Shown piece by piece: positions 11,445 through 23,385 of a stretch of 33,678 nucleotides of DNA. Under the pieces are notes generated by a model. It saw nothing but the letters and a program-made list of their open reading frames with translations, did no database searches and was not told the DNA's origin. Positions within the stretch are counted from its first letter, which is position 1, and every line of letters starts with the position of its first letter. Origin of the DNA: Octopus bimaculoides (Eukaryota); NCBI RefSeq assembly GCF_001194135.2, contig NC_068991.1:68695965-68729642 (forward strand), given 5' to 3'. A program made the translations under genes and the position numbers.

Positions 11445-12201
11445 GGAATTTCTTGTCAAGTTTCATGCGCTAGTCTCAAAAGCCCTAGCTTTGAAGATAC
11501 TTTCTTGTTCTTTTTATGAAGTGTCCGGTCCATTATGCTCCAGAGATGTTCAGTAGGGTTCATATCTGGGGACTAGCGTGGCCAAGGAAGCTTTTTAGTG
11601 CTGTTCTCATACAACAAATCTTAGGTAATTTTAGTTGTGTGACAAAGAGTCCCATCTTCCATAAATATATAGTCTTCAATCATTTGACCACTGGAGAAGT
11701 TTGGAAGGAATTCTTTCTGCAATACGGATACATATTTATCTGAGTTTATGTTTTCATCACACTCCACCAGCTCTGATCAATCATTGATCCAAATTGCTCT
11801 CCAGACTATCACAGATCAGCTTCCGTGTTTCACTTTTGGCTGCAACCTTTTCGCATCAAATTCTTGACCCACACTCGATCATTGTCAGGAAATACAGTAA
11901 ATCTGAACTCATTAAAGAATATGACAGTATCCCAAAATGCTAGTAACCTCTCCACCATCTCACTGGCCCAATCTTTTCTCTGCTTCATATTGGCTGGTCA
12001 AAGATGTGGCTTCCTTCTTCCTGCTCTGCCATAGTAACCAAGTTTGTGGAGATACCTGACAACTGTTCTGCGACTGACATCAACTTGTTGTGCTATGTCA
12101 GAGGCCTTGCAACGAGGATTATCCTCCACACTTCTCTTAGCAAAGAGAAGGGCCCTATCAGAGGTAGTTGAGCAACTGTAAACCTACTTTTGGCCACCCT
12201 G
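11445..12201 (-). mobile_element. Tc1-family (DD34E) transposase pseudogene with one TIR-like end
   Basis: Manual translation: DRALLFAKRSVEDNPRCKASDIAQQVDVSRRTVVRYLHKLGYYGRAGRRKPHL* (HTH), WDTVIFFNEFRF (decayed first Asp), FMEDGTLCH...WPR*SPDMNPTEHLW with 34 residues between D and E. Contains stops and frameshifts. CAGGGTGGCCAAAAGTAGGTTTACAGTTG (minus strand, 12201-12173) resembles a Tc1/mariner TIR. Confidence 0.88.
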
Positions 12202-12339
12202 TGAAGTAGAAGTTAATTCTAACATGTTGAACAGAATTTTCATTTGAAAAAATGTAAAATATATGTTCGAATTCCAATTAAAAGAAATGTCCAACAGCGG
12301 GGGCAACTATGATATAGAGCTATGATTATCCCAAACAGT

Positions 12340-12800
12340 TACCCAGAGCAATGAATAGTTTCCATCAGGTATGTTACCTAATTAACGTTGGGGATGAATG
12401 TAGCAGGGGATTATTGTATACAGTAAACAGAAGGGCAGATGAAATTTAGCGACATTTTACCTTTACTGGTTATAAGGAGTAGTAATGTCAGTGCCAGTAA
12501 GACAAGCATTGGTTGCGGAATATCTAATGAGGATAGAAAGGTATGTGTTAAGAGTATTCTTCACTGGATGTGTAATCTTAATCTGGTGAAAAAGAGGAGC
12601 ACAAATGAGCTGTCAGCTGGGCAGTTATAGGGAATAAGAGTCGAGTCCAAGAGACGGATAGGGACATGGTGATGAATGTGCTCGAAACAGATGATGGCTG
12701 TTGTGTGAAAATACTGCCGTATGCTTATACTGGATTGTGCCCAAGGTTGTGAGTCTATGCACCAGGTATTGGACAGCTGAATGTGTGAATTCAACAAGCC
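12340..12800 (+). pseudogene. Ancient RTE-clade LINE relic (region downstream of the RT core)
   Basis: KFSDILPLLV...SILHWMCNLNLVKKRSTNEL resembles RTE-type KFRELLPLL...SMLRWMCN. Heavily decayed; recognised by eye only. Confidence 0.5.
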
Positions 12801-13516
12801 GGAGTGATGTAGAATCGAAGCAAAGAAAAGAGAATGGTTATTTACTTTCTTCAGCCGATGTAAGAAGAGAAAACGTTGAAATCGTAGAACAAACTGAAAG
12901 TATAGTAAACGAGAGAAGCATAGGAGACGAGCTAAATATGTCCAGATTGAACACTGCCTGCTTTAATCTTAAAACTCTAAAACAAAAAGAACTACAAATC
13001 TTATAGATTTTTTCTTCACTAATTAAACGCCAAACAAAAAATAGAATCCGCATTCATTTTTTTTCTCCATTTTATTCATCCCGTTATCATGGAGATATTT
13101 CTGACTTATATACACCAAAATCTCTAAGAAAGTCCATTTTTAGAAATTATTCACTTCTTTTCGAATATTGTCCTTGTCAAATGCAATCACAGAAAGTCTT
13201 TGAGATATTTTCTTGTTTTGGCTAAATTTCTTTATCTGTTTACACAGACATGCCTCAGGATGTCAAGATTAGCTAACACGTTTTATTAATTTTTTTTCGT
13301 TCATTTCTCTTGTGATTATTATTACCTGTGTAACGTATTGTTGTTGTAGTTGTTGTAGTTGTTGTCGTTACTTAAACTTTAGGGTAGACTTGATTGAGCG
13401 TTTATATAGGACTCTGCAGTGCACATACTGTATTATTTGGGAGTAGTACAAATTCCAATAAGAGGCTGAAGCGGGAAAGAAAAAAAAAACGTAATCATTA
13501 TAACAATAACATCTCT

Positions 13517-13521
13517 ACTAT

Positions 13522-13581
<60 letters not shown>

Positions 13582-13683
13582 CATCAACATCACCGCCACC
13601 ACCACTACTACTACTACTAGCACCACCACCATCACCACCACCACCACCACCACTACTACTACAACTAGCATCACCACCATCAT

Positions 13684-13721
<38 letters not shown>

Positions 13722-13854
13722 GCACCACCATCACCAACACCACCACTACTACTACTACTAGCATCACCACCACTACTAATACTACTACTAGCACCACCAC
13801 CATCACCACCACCACCACCACCACTACTACTACAACTAGCATCACCACCATCAT

Positions 13855-13885
<31 letters not shown>

Positions 13886-14061
13886 NNNNNNNNNNNNNNN
13901 NNNNNNNNNNNNNNNNNNNNNNNNNNNNNNNNNNNNNNNNNNNNNNNNNNNNNNNNNNNNNNNNNNNNNNNNNNNNNNNNNNNNNNNNNNNNNNNNNNNN
14001 NNNNNNNNNNNNNNNNNNNNNNNCTATTACCACCACCACCACCACCACCACCACCACCACC

Positions 14062-14100
<39 letters not shown>

Positions 14101-14130
14101 GCTATTACCACCACCACCACCACCACCACT
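13517..14130. repeat. (ACT)n/(ACC)n compound microsatellite with a 171-bp higher-order duplication
   Basis: 13610-13710 is repeated at 13781-13885; gap at 13886-14023. Confidence 0.9.
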
Positions 14131-14229
14131 ATCACCATATAATTGCGTATACATTTGACGACACCACACTTCTATGTTATGCATTCTTATATGCAGATGT
14201 ACTTGCATAGCAAGTGACCTGATCTGAGA

Positions 14230-14395
14230 TCGTGTACTGGAACGAAAATAATTGCAGCGCGGAAGGTATTTATAAGCCATTTAAGAAACACACAAAAAAC
14301 GTTAGATTCACTTCAACATTTAAATTTAATTCGCCAAAATATTTTCGTCGCTTTGAGACCGTAACCTCTTCACTGACAAAATTCCGTGCTGCAAC
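14230..14395 (-). mobile_element. Putative Penelope-like element terminal (pLTR) fragment
   Basis: Contains a minimal hammerhead architecture with palindromic stem III. Family assignment is inferred from that motif. Confidence 0.45.
14328..14385 (-). ncRNA. Minimal type I hammerhead-like motif, G at core position 3
   Basis: Minus strand: AATTTTGTCA-GTGAAGA-G-GTTAC-GGTCTCAAA-GCGAC-GAA-AATATT-T/TGGCGAATT. Stem I is 7 bp with wobbles, stem II has one mismatch, and stem III is the palindrome AATATT. Confidence 0.55.
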
Positions 14396-14742
14396 ATTCT
14401 TATATGTATACATATAATACAGGTACGCGTGTGCATAATTATGCATAAAGTTTACACGTGAATATACATTTCTACTTCATCTGAGCGAAATATTTAATTG
14501 CTAAGATTACATAACGACTTGCAAGTATTCGGCATTAGGCATGTGTGTCTATGTGAATTTAGCAGAAACGAACAATATGCAATATTTAGCATGAAGTAAT
14601 CGTGTGGCACGTTGATATTTCGATATTTTCACACTGTCAGCCGGTGTTTAACTAAAGACAGTTCTTCTTTAACTGCGCCATGTATTGTAATTGAAGATAT
14701 TATGATTAGTTAGCACATAAATTAACCAGAACATGGTAAGAG

Positions 14743-14745
<3 letters not shown>

Positions 14746-14826
<81 letters not shown>
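14746..14826. repeat. (TG)n microsatellite
   Basis: Direct reading. Confidence 0.97.
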
Positions 14827-14827
<1 letters not shown>

Positions 14828-14914
14828 ATAATATGTGGATTCAAGTAATCCGGTTGTACTCATAAAAGCGTTACTTAATATATCGTTCTACAAAACAGAA
14901 TATATAGTAATATA

Positions 14915-15003
14915 CAAAAGTACCAGATGCATACTGGAGTTGATCTAATCGACTGACCCCATCCCCAGAAATTTCGAGCCTTGTGCCTTGAGTAGAAAAG
15001 AAT
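14915..15003 (+). mobile_element. SINE family A 3' fragment (tail type 2)
   Basis: AAGTACCAG...CTGGAGTTGATCTAATCGACTGACCCC...AAATTTCGAGCCTTGTGCCTTGAGTAGAAAAGAA. Confidence 0.8.
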
Positions 15004-15149
15004 TTACAAGAGAAAACGATAAGGAGCGTATAAAGTCATAAATGATAGACAAGTATCTTGAGGAAATTTTATTTAACAATAAGAAAATTCTAATATCATG
15101 ACGAATTGTTTCGTAACTTAAAAACATGTAAATAATTAATATCATTATA

Positions 15150-15553
15150 TTTACTCTTTTACACTTTTACTTGTTTCAGTCATTTGACTGTGGCCATGCT
15201 GGAGCACCGCCTTTAGTCAAGCAAATCGATCCCAGGACTTATTCTTTGTAAGCCTAGTACTTATTCTATCGGTCTTTTTTGCCGAACCGCTAACTTACGG
15301 GGACGTAAACACACCAGCATCGGTTGTCAAGCGATGTTGGGGGAACAAAGACGGACACACAAACATATACACACACATACATATATACGTATAAAAGACG
15401 GGCTTCTTTCAATTTCCGTCTAACAAATTCACTCACAAGGCTTTGGTCGGCTCGAGGCTATAGTAGAAGACATTTGCCCAACGTGCCACGCAGTGAGACT
15501 GAACCCGGAACCATGTGGTTCGTAAGCAAGTTACTTACCACACAGCCACTCCT
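15150..15553 (-). mobile_element. SINE family C, full length
   Basis: Minus strand starts AGGAGTGGCTGTGTGGTAAGTAAC, has B box GGTTCAGTCTC and ends ...ATGACTGAAACAAGTAAAAGTGTAAAAGAGTAAA; colinear with 1119-1549. Confidence 0.93.
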
Positions 15554-15728
15554 ACACTCCTTAATATTTAATAATACATAGATTACTTACATACCTGCGT
15601 TTATGTAAAATGCCACTTGGACTTAAACATCTCATTACAGTTCACCTGCGTCTTGCAGCTGTGAGTTCCGTGCACGACCATTCTGTGAAGCACCATTCGT
15701 TTTATTATATGTAAGTTATATACTATAG

Positions 15729-16111
15729 TGGAGGCGCAATGACCCAGTGGTTAGGGCAGCGAATTCGCGGTCATAGGATCGCGGTTTCGATTCGCAGACC
15801 GGGCGTTGTGTGTGTTTATTGAGCGAAAACACCTAAAGCACCACGAGGCTCCGGCAGGGGATGGTGGCGAACCCTGCTGTACTCTTTCACCACAACTTTC
15901 TCTCACTCTTACTTCATGTTTCTCTTGCGACTGTAATTCAAAGATTCAGCCTTGTCACTCTGTGTCACGCTGAATATCCCCGAGAACTACGTTAAGGATA
16001 CACGTGTCTGTGGAGTGCTCAGCCACTTGCACGTTAATTTCACGAGCAGGCTGTTCCGTTGATCGGATCAACTGGAACCCTCGATGTCGTAAGCGACGGA
16101 GTGCCAACAAC
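15729..16111 (+). mobile_element. SINE family B (tRNA-derived head, CAA tail), 11-bp TSD
   Basis: A-box-like TGACCCAGTGG and B-box-like GTTTCGATTC. TSD ATATACTATAG at 15718-15728 and 16112-16122. Closely similar to 23759-24134. Confidence 0.93.
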
Positions 16112-16633
16112 ATATACTATAGATAGATTCTATAAACATTTTAGCTGATATAAACGCAATATTTAATCAACTGGTGGTAGGTGTCCATGTCTTATAATAA
16201 ACAGGACATCAAGTCTAAAACATTTCTCAGGGTTTGAATATTCAAGCAAGAATTGGTAAGCATGGTTATTCTTTATATTTTTTACTAATGGACGATTAGC
16301 GCTTTCCCTAAAATTTCCTTTAACAAGCGAAGTATTCTATGTAGGAGCCTTACAAACAAAGCGGAAGCACACATACACACTTACATACGAACACGTTCAC
16401 ATATCTACCATCTACACAGATACACAAACACACACACACACGTTTACATACACACACACTCACACGCAATCACACATATATCACATTCTGATATGTACAC
16501 ACAATATCTGTGAATGTGGCACATACTGATAAGCTTTGTGCCGCGGGAGGAAAAACGAATTGAATACAGAGATAACTAAATTATGACGATAATTTGGAAA
16601 CGGATGATAAACGATTACAACAACAATTATAAA

Positions 16634-17069
<436 letters not shown>

Positions 17070-17084
17070 TTAACTGACTCACGG

Positions 17085-17487
17085 AGACAGAAAAATAGTA
17101 GAAACACAAACCAGAGGTTATAATGGTGAGTGATAACTACAAGATTTTATAGGATTTCTCTGTGACGACCAGCCGTGCGATTGAAGCCAACTACAACGAG
17201 AAACAAAGAAGATATGATCATAGATCATGGCATATGATAGTAGAGTGGAAATCGTGAAATATCGGCAGAGAGATGAAAAGATTGTGGAAGACAAAGGTGG
17301 TAGTTGTTCTTGTGTTAGTTGGTGTACTTAGCACGGCATACAAACCGCTACCTAGAAGGGTGTCAGCCTATATTCTGCGAGATTCTAAAGAAAGACTCGA
17401 AATCTGAGGAGACATGTTGTCACCAAACCTTCAGACAGTAGCCCTGCTAGCTAATGCAGAATGCAATATCTCAAACAACAATAATAA
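17085..17487 (+). mobile_element. R4/Dong-clade LINE 3' end (RLE domain relic, stop, 3' UTR, AAC/AAT tail)
   Basis: KHKPEVIMVSDNYKIL*DFSVTTSRAIEAN ... GREMKRLWKTKVVVVLVLVGVLST ... EI* (TGA at 17405), then a UTR and AACAACAATAATAA. Confidence 0.75.
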
Positions 17488-18408
17488 AGTGTTAACAGGC
17501 ATCCTTGCAGGGAAAATATATACGTTTATTGCGGAAAACAATCTACTTCCGGTAGAACAAAAGGGATGCCGAAAATGATCGAAAGGCACCAAGGATAACC
17601 TTGTGATAGACAAGGTTGGACTGAAGAACTGCTAACGATACCCCATCCCCACAAAAAATTGTGCATGGCCTGGATAGACTTTCAAAAAGTTCGCTTCAAG
17701 TTGCCGCATTCGTGGATTTTGGAAACACTCGACATGTGTGGAATAGCTGAGAACATGTGGTAACTGATTAAGAACAGCATACCTAGTTGGAAAACACGGC
17801 TTTTCTGCAACAACCAGCACTTAGCCGAGGTAACAATCAAAAGAGGTATATTCCAGGCAGACTCTTGCTCACCTCTGTTATTTGTTATAGCCTTGATCCC
17901 ACTTTCTGTAGTCCTACGCAAAGGTAACGCGCACTACGAACTGAGAGACAATGGACCTCATCTTAACCACCTTCTCTTCATAGATGACATAAAACTGTTC
18001 GCAAAAACAGAACCTGAAATGGAAAGACTGGTTGAGACAGTTCAGATGTGCAGTAAAGATGTAGGGATGGAATTCGGTGTCTCGAAGTGTTCGGTGCTCC
18101 CTTTGAAACGGGGGTGGGAAGAGCAGATTGTAGAGGCATAGAATTGCCAAACGGAGAGAAAATGGAAGACCTGGATGATGATGGGATCCTGGAGCTGGAC
18201 AGTATCTTGCACAGGGAAATGAAGGACAATGTCATTACTGCATATTTGAAGCGCCTCAAACTTCTCTTGAAGTCAAAAATCAGCTCAAGGAACCTTATGA
18301 CTTCTATCTATATATGGGCTGCTGCTGTAGTCCGCTATAGTGCACCCATCCTGAAATGGACACAAGTAGATTAACTAACACGATCTCACTATCCGAAAGA
18401 CAATGACG
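17488..18408 (+). pseudogene. R4/Dong-clade reverse transcriptase pseudogene fragment
   Basis: LTGILAGKIYTFIAENNLLPVEQKGCRK*SKGTKDNLVIDK, PHSWILETL, IKRGIFQADSCSPLLFVIALIPLS, NHLLFIDDIKLF (catalytic DD at 17983-17988), MEFGVSKC and KWTQVD. Contains stops and frameshifts. Confidence 0.9.
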
Positions 18409-19329
18409 ACCCACACACACACACACACACATACACGCCCACACACACACCTACATATGTATAGATATGTGCCGGAAAATGCTTAAGGTATGTAGATATT
18501 TGTTTATATGTGAATGTTGAAATGATGTCAACGAAATTAGCACTTTCCATGCACCTCCTCATCATACAACGCTTTCTTATTCCAAAAATCTTATTATATG
18601 AGGTATATTTTTAGCATATCTAAATGAAGCGTGATCATGTGATTGGTGGAAAAAATAACGATATATATATACGTAAAATATTTACGGAACGCCTTTTAGA
18701 ATATCAAGTGAAATTAATTAAACAATAATGAATAAATGAAATAACTCTTAGTAATAAAATCATCGGAAATACGAGGAAATGCGTAATGAACAAACGCCAA
18801 TAAACAATAAATATAATAAATAAGCATATTGGAAAATACGTCATCTTACCTTTCAAAGACTTTATTTTTGTTAAGACGTTTATAATGTAAAGCGCTTTAA
18901 GAGAAGCTTTTTTCTAAAGACGACTTGCTGAATTTAACTCTGACTTTCTAATGAGAATATTGAATGACTGAATTAAAATAGTACGCAAAAATTAAAAATA
19001 TTTTAAACTATTAAAATAACCGAATGAAGTTTCAATATCTAATCGGATTGTCTTAAAACTAACAATTTATTTATCCTTCACATTTAAAACGTTTGGTCAA
19101 TTATGTATGATTGCAATATTTTTTTATATCTAAAAAAAAAACTACCGTATTGCGTAAGCCTAATTTTAAGGATTTCTTTATTTGGTAAAAATATAGATAA
19201 AGGTGGAACAGGTTATTTTGAAATTAGATAGCAAAGAAATAAAAATAAATCCATAAAGGATTTCTGTGGTACACTAACAGTTCTGCCAATCTGTTAGGGA
19301 ATACTAACACGTCTAATAAGAATAATAAA

Positions 19330-19525
19330 GAATAACAAATGATATTCACCATAAAAGACAATGGAAACAACTGGAAATCCCATGCAAGATTGATGTCTGT
19401 CAAAAAGCGGCCTTATTGGGCACAGCGCACATCTGAAGGAAGGTATTATATGTCTGAGGTTCTTGTTGTGACTTGAGAGATGACTAAAGACTCCGGTGCA
19501 TTTTTACATACACTGTGTTACGAAG

Positions 19526-19527
<2 letters not shown>
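19330..19527 (+). mobile_element. R4/Dong-clade LINE extreme 3' end with (AAT)n tail
   Basis: WKQLEIPCKIDVCQKAALLGTAHI*RKVLYV* (stop at 19455), UTR starting TGAGGTTCTTGTTGTGAC, followed directly by (AAT)n. Confidence 0.8.
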
Positions 19528-19577
<50 letters not shown>

Positions 19578-19600
19578 CATAACAACAACAACAATAATAG

Positions 19601-19803
19601 TAATCCTTTTTACTATAGGTGCAAGGCCTGAAATTTGGGGGTAGGGGATAGTCGATTACTAAGTTGGTACTTGATTTATCGACCCTGAAAGGATGAAAAG
19701 CAAAGTCGACTCCGGTGGCATTTGAACTCAGAACGTGAAAAACAGACGAAATACCGCTAAGCATTTCACCCGGCGTGCTAACGATTCTGCCAGCGCGCCG
19801 CCC
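19601..19803 (-). mobile_element. SINE family A, full length, tail type 2, embedded in (AAT)n
   Basis: Head GGCGGCGCGCTGGCAGAATCGTTAGCACG and tail ...GGCCTTGCACCTATAGTAAAAAGGATTA; (AAT)n on both sides. Confidence 0.92.
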
Positions 19804-19824
19804 TAATAACAATAATGATAATAC

Positions 19825-19896
<72 letters not shown>

Positions 19897-19900
<4 letters not shown>

Positions 19901-19960
19901 CCTTTCTACTATAATCAGAAGACATGAAATTTGTGTGCGGCGTTATATTCGATTACATCA
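19897..19960 (-). mobile_element. SINE family A 3' fragment whose (TTA)n tail hosts the copy at 19601-19803
   Basis: Minus strand TGATGTAATCGAAT...AAATTTCATGTCTTCTGATTATAGTAGAAAGGATTA(TTA)n. Confidence 0.7.
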
Positions 19961-20677
19961 TGAACGGGGCGAACGAAATTAAAGCAAAACAAAGAATTTG
20001 ATATCAAAAGCTAACTTCCTGACAGAGATTCAAAATTCTAATAAGATGAAATTATACAGGAATTGGCGAGAATTTGATGAATTTCCTGTAAGGGCAGGGT
20101 GGATCCTGATATCTTTGTAATAAAAATGTAAAAAATATTGACATATCCGAATAAAACAGATAATATAAACTTACGCATATATCCAGAGGGGATAACTTGT
20201 AACAAAGGTCTGTATATGCATGTGTGTATGTGTGTATGCATGTATGTATGTATGTATGTATGTATGTATGTATGTGTGTGTATGTATGTATGTATGTATG
20301 CATGTATGTATGCATGTACGTATTTACACGTGTGTATATATATATATATATNNNNNNNNNNNNNNNNNNNNNNNNNNNNNNNNNNNNNNNNNNNNNNNNN
20401 NNNNNNNNNNNNNNNNNNNNNNNNNNNNNNNNNNNNNNNNNNNNNNNNNNNNNNNNNNNNNNNNNNNNNNNNNNNNNNNNNNNNNNNNNNNNNNNNNNNN
20501 NNNNNNNNNNNNNNNNNNNNNNNNNNNNNNNNNNNNNNNNNNNNNNNNNNNNNNNNNNNNNNNNNNNNNNNNNNNNNNNNNNNNNNNNNNNNNNNNNNNN
20601 NNNNNNNNNNNNNNNNNNNNNNNNNNNNNNNNNNNNNNNNNNNNNNNNNNNNNNNNNNNNNNNNNNNNNNNNNNNNN

Positions 20678-20761
<84 letters not shown>

Positions 20762-21819
20762 TCGTGTATGAACAAAATATAAAGAATATTGAAATCAAAG
20801 AGTCAACATAATTTTTGAAATTATAGCACTAAAAATTTGATTAATATTTTACAAAAACAATAAGATCATAAATGCTATGCCAAACACGACATATAAACAC
20901 ACTGTGGTATATACAGACACACACATATGCACACAGACTGAAAATGGTATAAACCACTATACACACATATATACACACGCACACAAACGCAATAATTTAA
21001 TTTCGTTTTCCAAAGATCTCTTTGAACCGAAACGCAAGTCTAAATTTACAATTTACCTGCTAATATATATGTTGATACGTTCGCTTATGTGTTTGGGTTT
21101 GTCTGTCTGAATGTATGTATATATGCATGTATGTATATATGTATGTACGTATGTATGCATGTTTGTATATATGTATGTATGTATATACATATGTATGCAT
21201 ACAAGTATGTTTGTATGTATAGAAGCACATACTTGTGTGTGTGAGTGTGTATTAGCTTGCTTGCGTGTGCTGTTCTCCACAGTATAATTTTCAAAGACGA
21301 ATTGTTATCTATTTCAAAAGAACTACACCATAATTCTTGTAATCTTTACCTGTTAATTAGACAATTCTGTAATTATATCCTGATTTTCTAGTTATTGTTA
21401 TTACTGTTGTTGTTTTAAATCTTGTATCTGACTATGGGCGATTTGTACCAAAGAAGAGAATGATAATGACATCAACAACAACAACACTAATAAGAGCACA
21501 AACAACAAAGAAAAAAAAAACATCAGAGAATACCGTCAAAATAGAATTAGTCAAGAATCGACAAGCATTTAAGGAAAATTGGCAGATTGGGTCAAATAGA
21601 CAATCGAATTAGGGTTCTATAATCTCATGAATTATCTAAAGAAAGAAGTACGCAGCGATATAACATCAGCTATATAATAAACCATATAAAGAGAAACAGG
21701 GAGTGTGAGGGGAGTGGTAAATAAAGACACGGGCACACCAGACGCACAAAAAAAAAACAACAACAACACGTAAACAAACAACGAAATATACAGAGGGTTA
21801 GACACACACGTGTTTGTAT

Positions 21820-21958
<139 letters not shown>

Positions 21959-22260
21959 TGAACTAAAAAATGCGAGGAGAAATCAAAAGATTAAATAAGG
22001 TTCAGAGAAGAATTAACAGTTTAATATGTTTGAAAAATAATACCAAGAATATTTTTCCTTAAAAATGCTAATATTGTTTTTGTTACAAACTACCTAAATG
22101 TGGGGAGGAGGAGTAAATCGTTCGTTGCATGGCTTCTATAATGATATTAATGCACGAAGCAATAACGATGCGAACACGACTGCTAATAGCTACATCAATA
22201 TGATTGATCATCGATAACTGAAAAACAAAACCCACTGGATAGATATATATATATATATAT

Positions 22261-22440
22261 AGGGTGAATTCACAAAAGAAAAAAACAAAAGTCGAAGACA
22301 GGTGGTGTAGAAAACAAACAGATGTATTAGTAAACGCTCGAGAATTGAAAAAGTATTTAACGTTTCGAGCCTACGCTCTTCCACAAAAAGGAACACAGAA
22401 AGAAACAAGGAGAGAAAAAAATGTGCGTGTAGTGGTTAGT
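22261..22440 (-). mobile_element. Putative Penelope-like element terminal fragment with a degenerate minimal hammerhead
   Basis: Minus strand TTGTGGA-A-GAGC-GTAG-GCTC-GAAACGTT: perfect 4-bp stem II and the palindromic GAAACGTT. The CUGANGA box is mutated. Confidence 0.5.
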
Positions 22441-22519
22441 TGCCGAAGGTACCACGCAGTGGGATTGAACCCAGAACCATATGGTTGGTAAGTAAGCTAC
22501 TTACCACACAGCCACTCCT
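22441..22519 (-). mobile_element. SINE family C, isolated tRNA-like head
   Basis: Minus strand AGGAGTGGCTGTGTGGTAAGTAGCTTACTTACCAACCATATGGTTCTGGGTTCAATCCCACTGCGTGGTACC. Confidence 0.88.
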
Positions 22520-23289
22520 GTTTTTAAATTAAATGCTTAGTTTTAGAATAGTGGCAACTGATGAAGGAAATGTTCTCTATGTGGCCTCTGTGTTTTCTGT
22601 ATTCCGTTTATCATTTTGTCCACGCTTTTTTTGTGACATCCTGTACCCAGATATGCATCTATATATACAGGTAGATGTAGGTATATACATACATGTACGT
22701 ATATATTCATATACTCATTTATTATTTGTATGACATGGTAAGTATGCCTACCAGCAGGAAAAAAACAGTCAAAATTCTTATTTAAATCGCCAAACTACAC
22801 CGATAATAACTACAGAAATCAATCGTCCGAAGGTAAACGAGCTAAGATAATCTCTCAGCATACATTCAAGTATTTGGATTTACGTGGACCGGTTTCTGGA
22901 CTGGCATTATAGCCTCACCTTCCTCAGCACGCGTTACCATGATGGAGAGACCCAACTAGTCATGTTGAAGTCCTCGCTGCACCCGATTCCTTTTGTGCCG
23001 AATCATGGCAGCCACCGTTGTGAAAATAATGTCGATACGGAGCAAGTAATTCAGGAGAAAAATATTTCTAAATTGTTACACTAGATAATAATAGAGTCAA
23101 TGATATCTTCGCAAATATTTTCTCATGAATTATTTGCTTCGTATTGAAATTATATATNNNNNNNNNNTGTATGTATGTTTGTATGTATGTATAAAGTTAG
23201 TTAATGATAACTGAATACTATGTCCCGCTTTTTCCATTTCCAACTGAAATCGTTTCACTTCGCTTACAACATTTATTGTACTCATATAA

Positions 23290-23292
<3 letters not shown>

Positions 23293-23363
<71 letters not shown>

Positions 23364-23385
23364 TAATAATAATAATAATAATATA
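23293..23385. repeat. (AAT)n microsatellite
   Basis: Direct reading. Confidence 0.97.

Noticed and set aside
12701-13006. 101-aa ORF of ordinary composition
   Set aside because: It partly overlaps the RTE relic, has no recognisable motif and starts at GTG; not supportable as a gene.
13394-14158. Thr-rich mucin-like ORF
   Set aside because: It is an (ACT/ACC)n microsatellite spanning a gap, with no signal peptide, flanking domain or splice evidence.
15729-15805. tRNA-like sequences at SINE heads (also 1119, 15480-15553, 22441-22519)
   Set aside because: A and B boxes continue into SINE bodies, most copies have tails or TSDs, and I could not fold a full cloverleaf; not tRNA genes.
22558-22600. 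CTGATGA-A-GG hammerhead-like start
   Set aside because: No stem II closure followed by GAAA.
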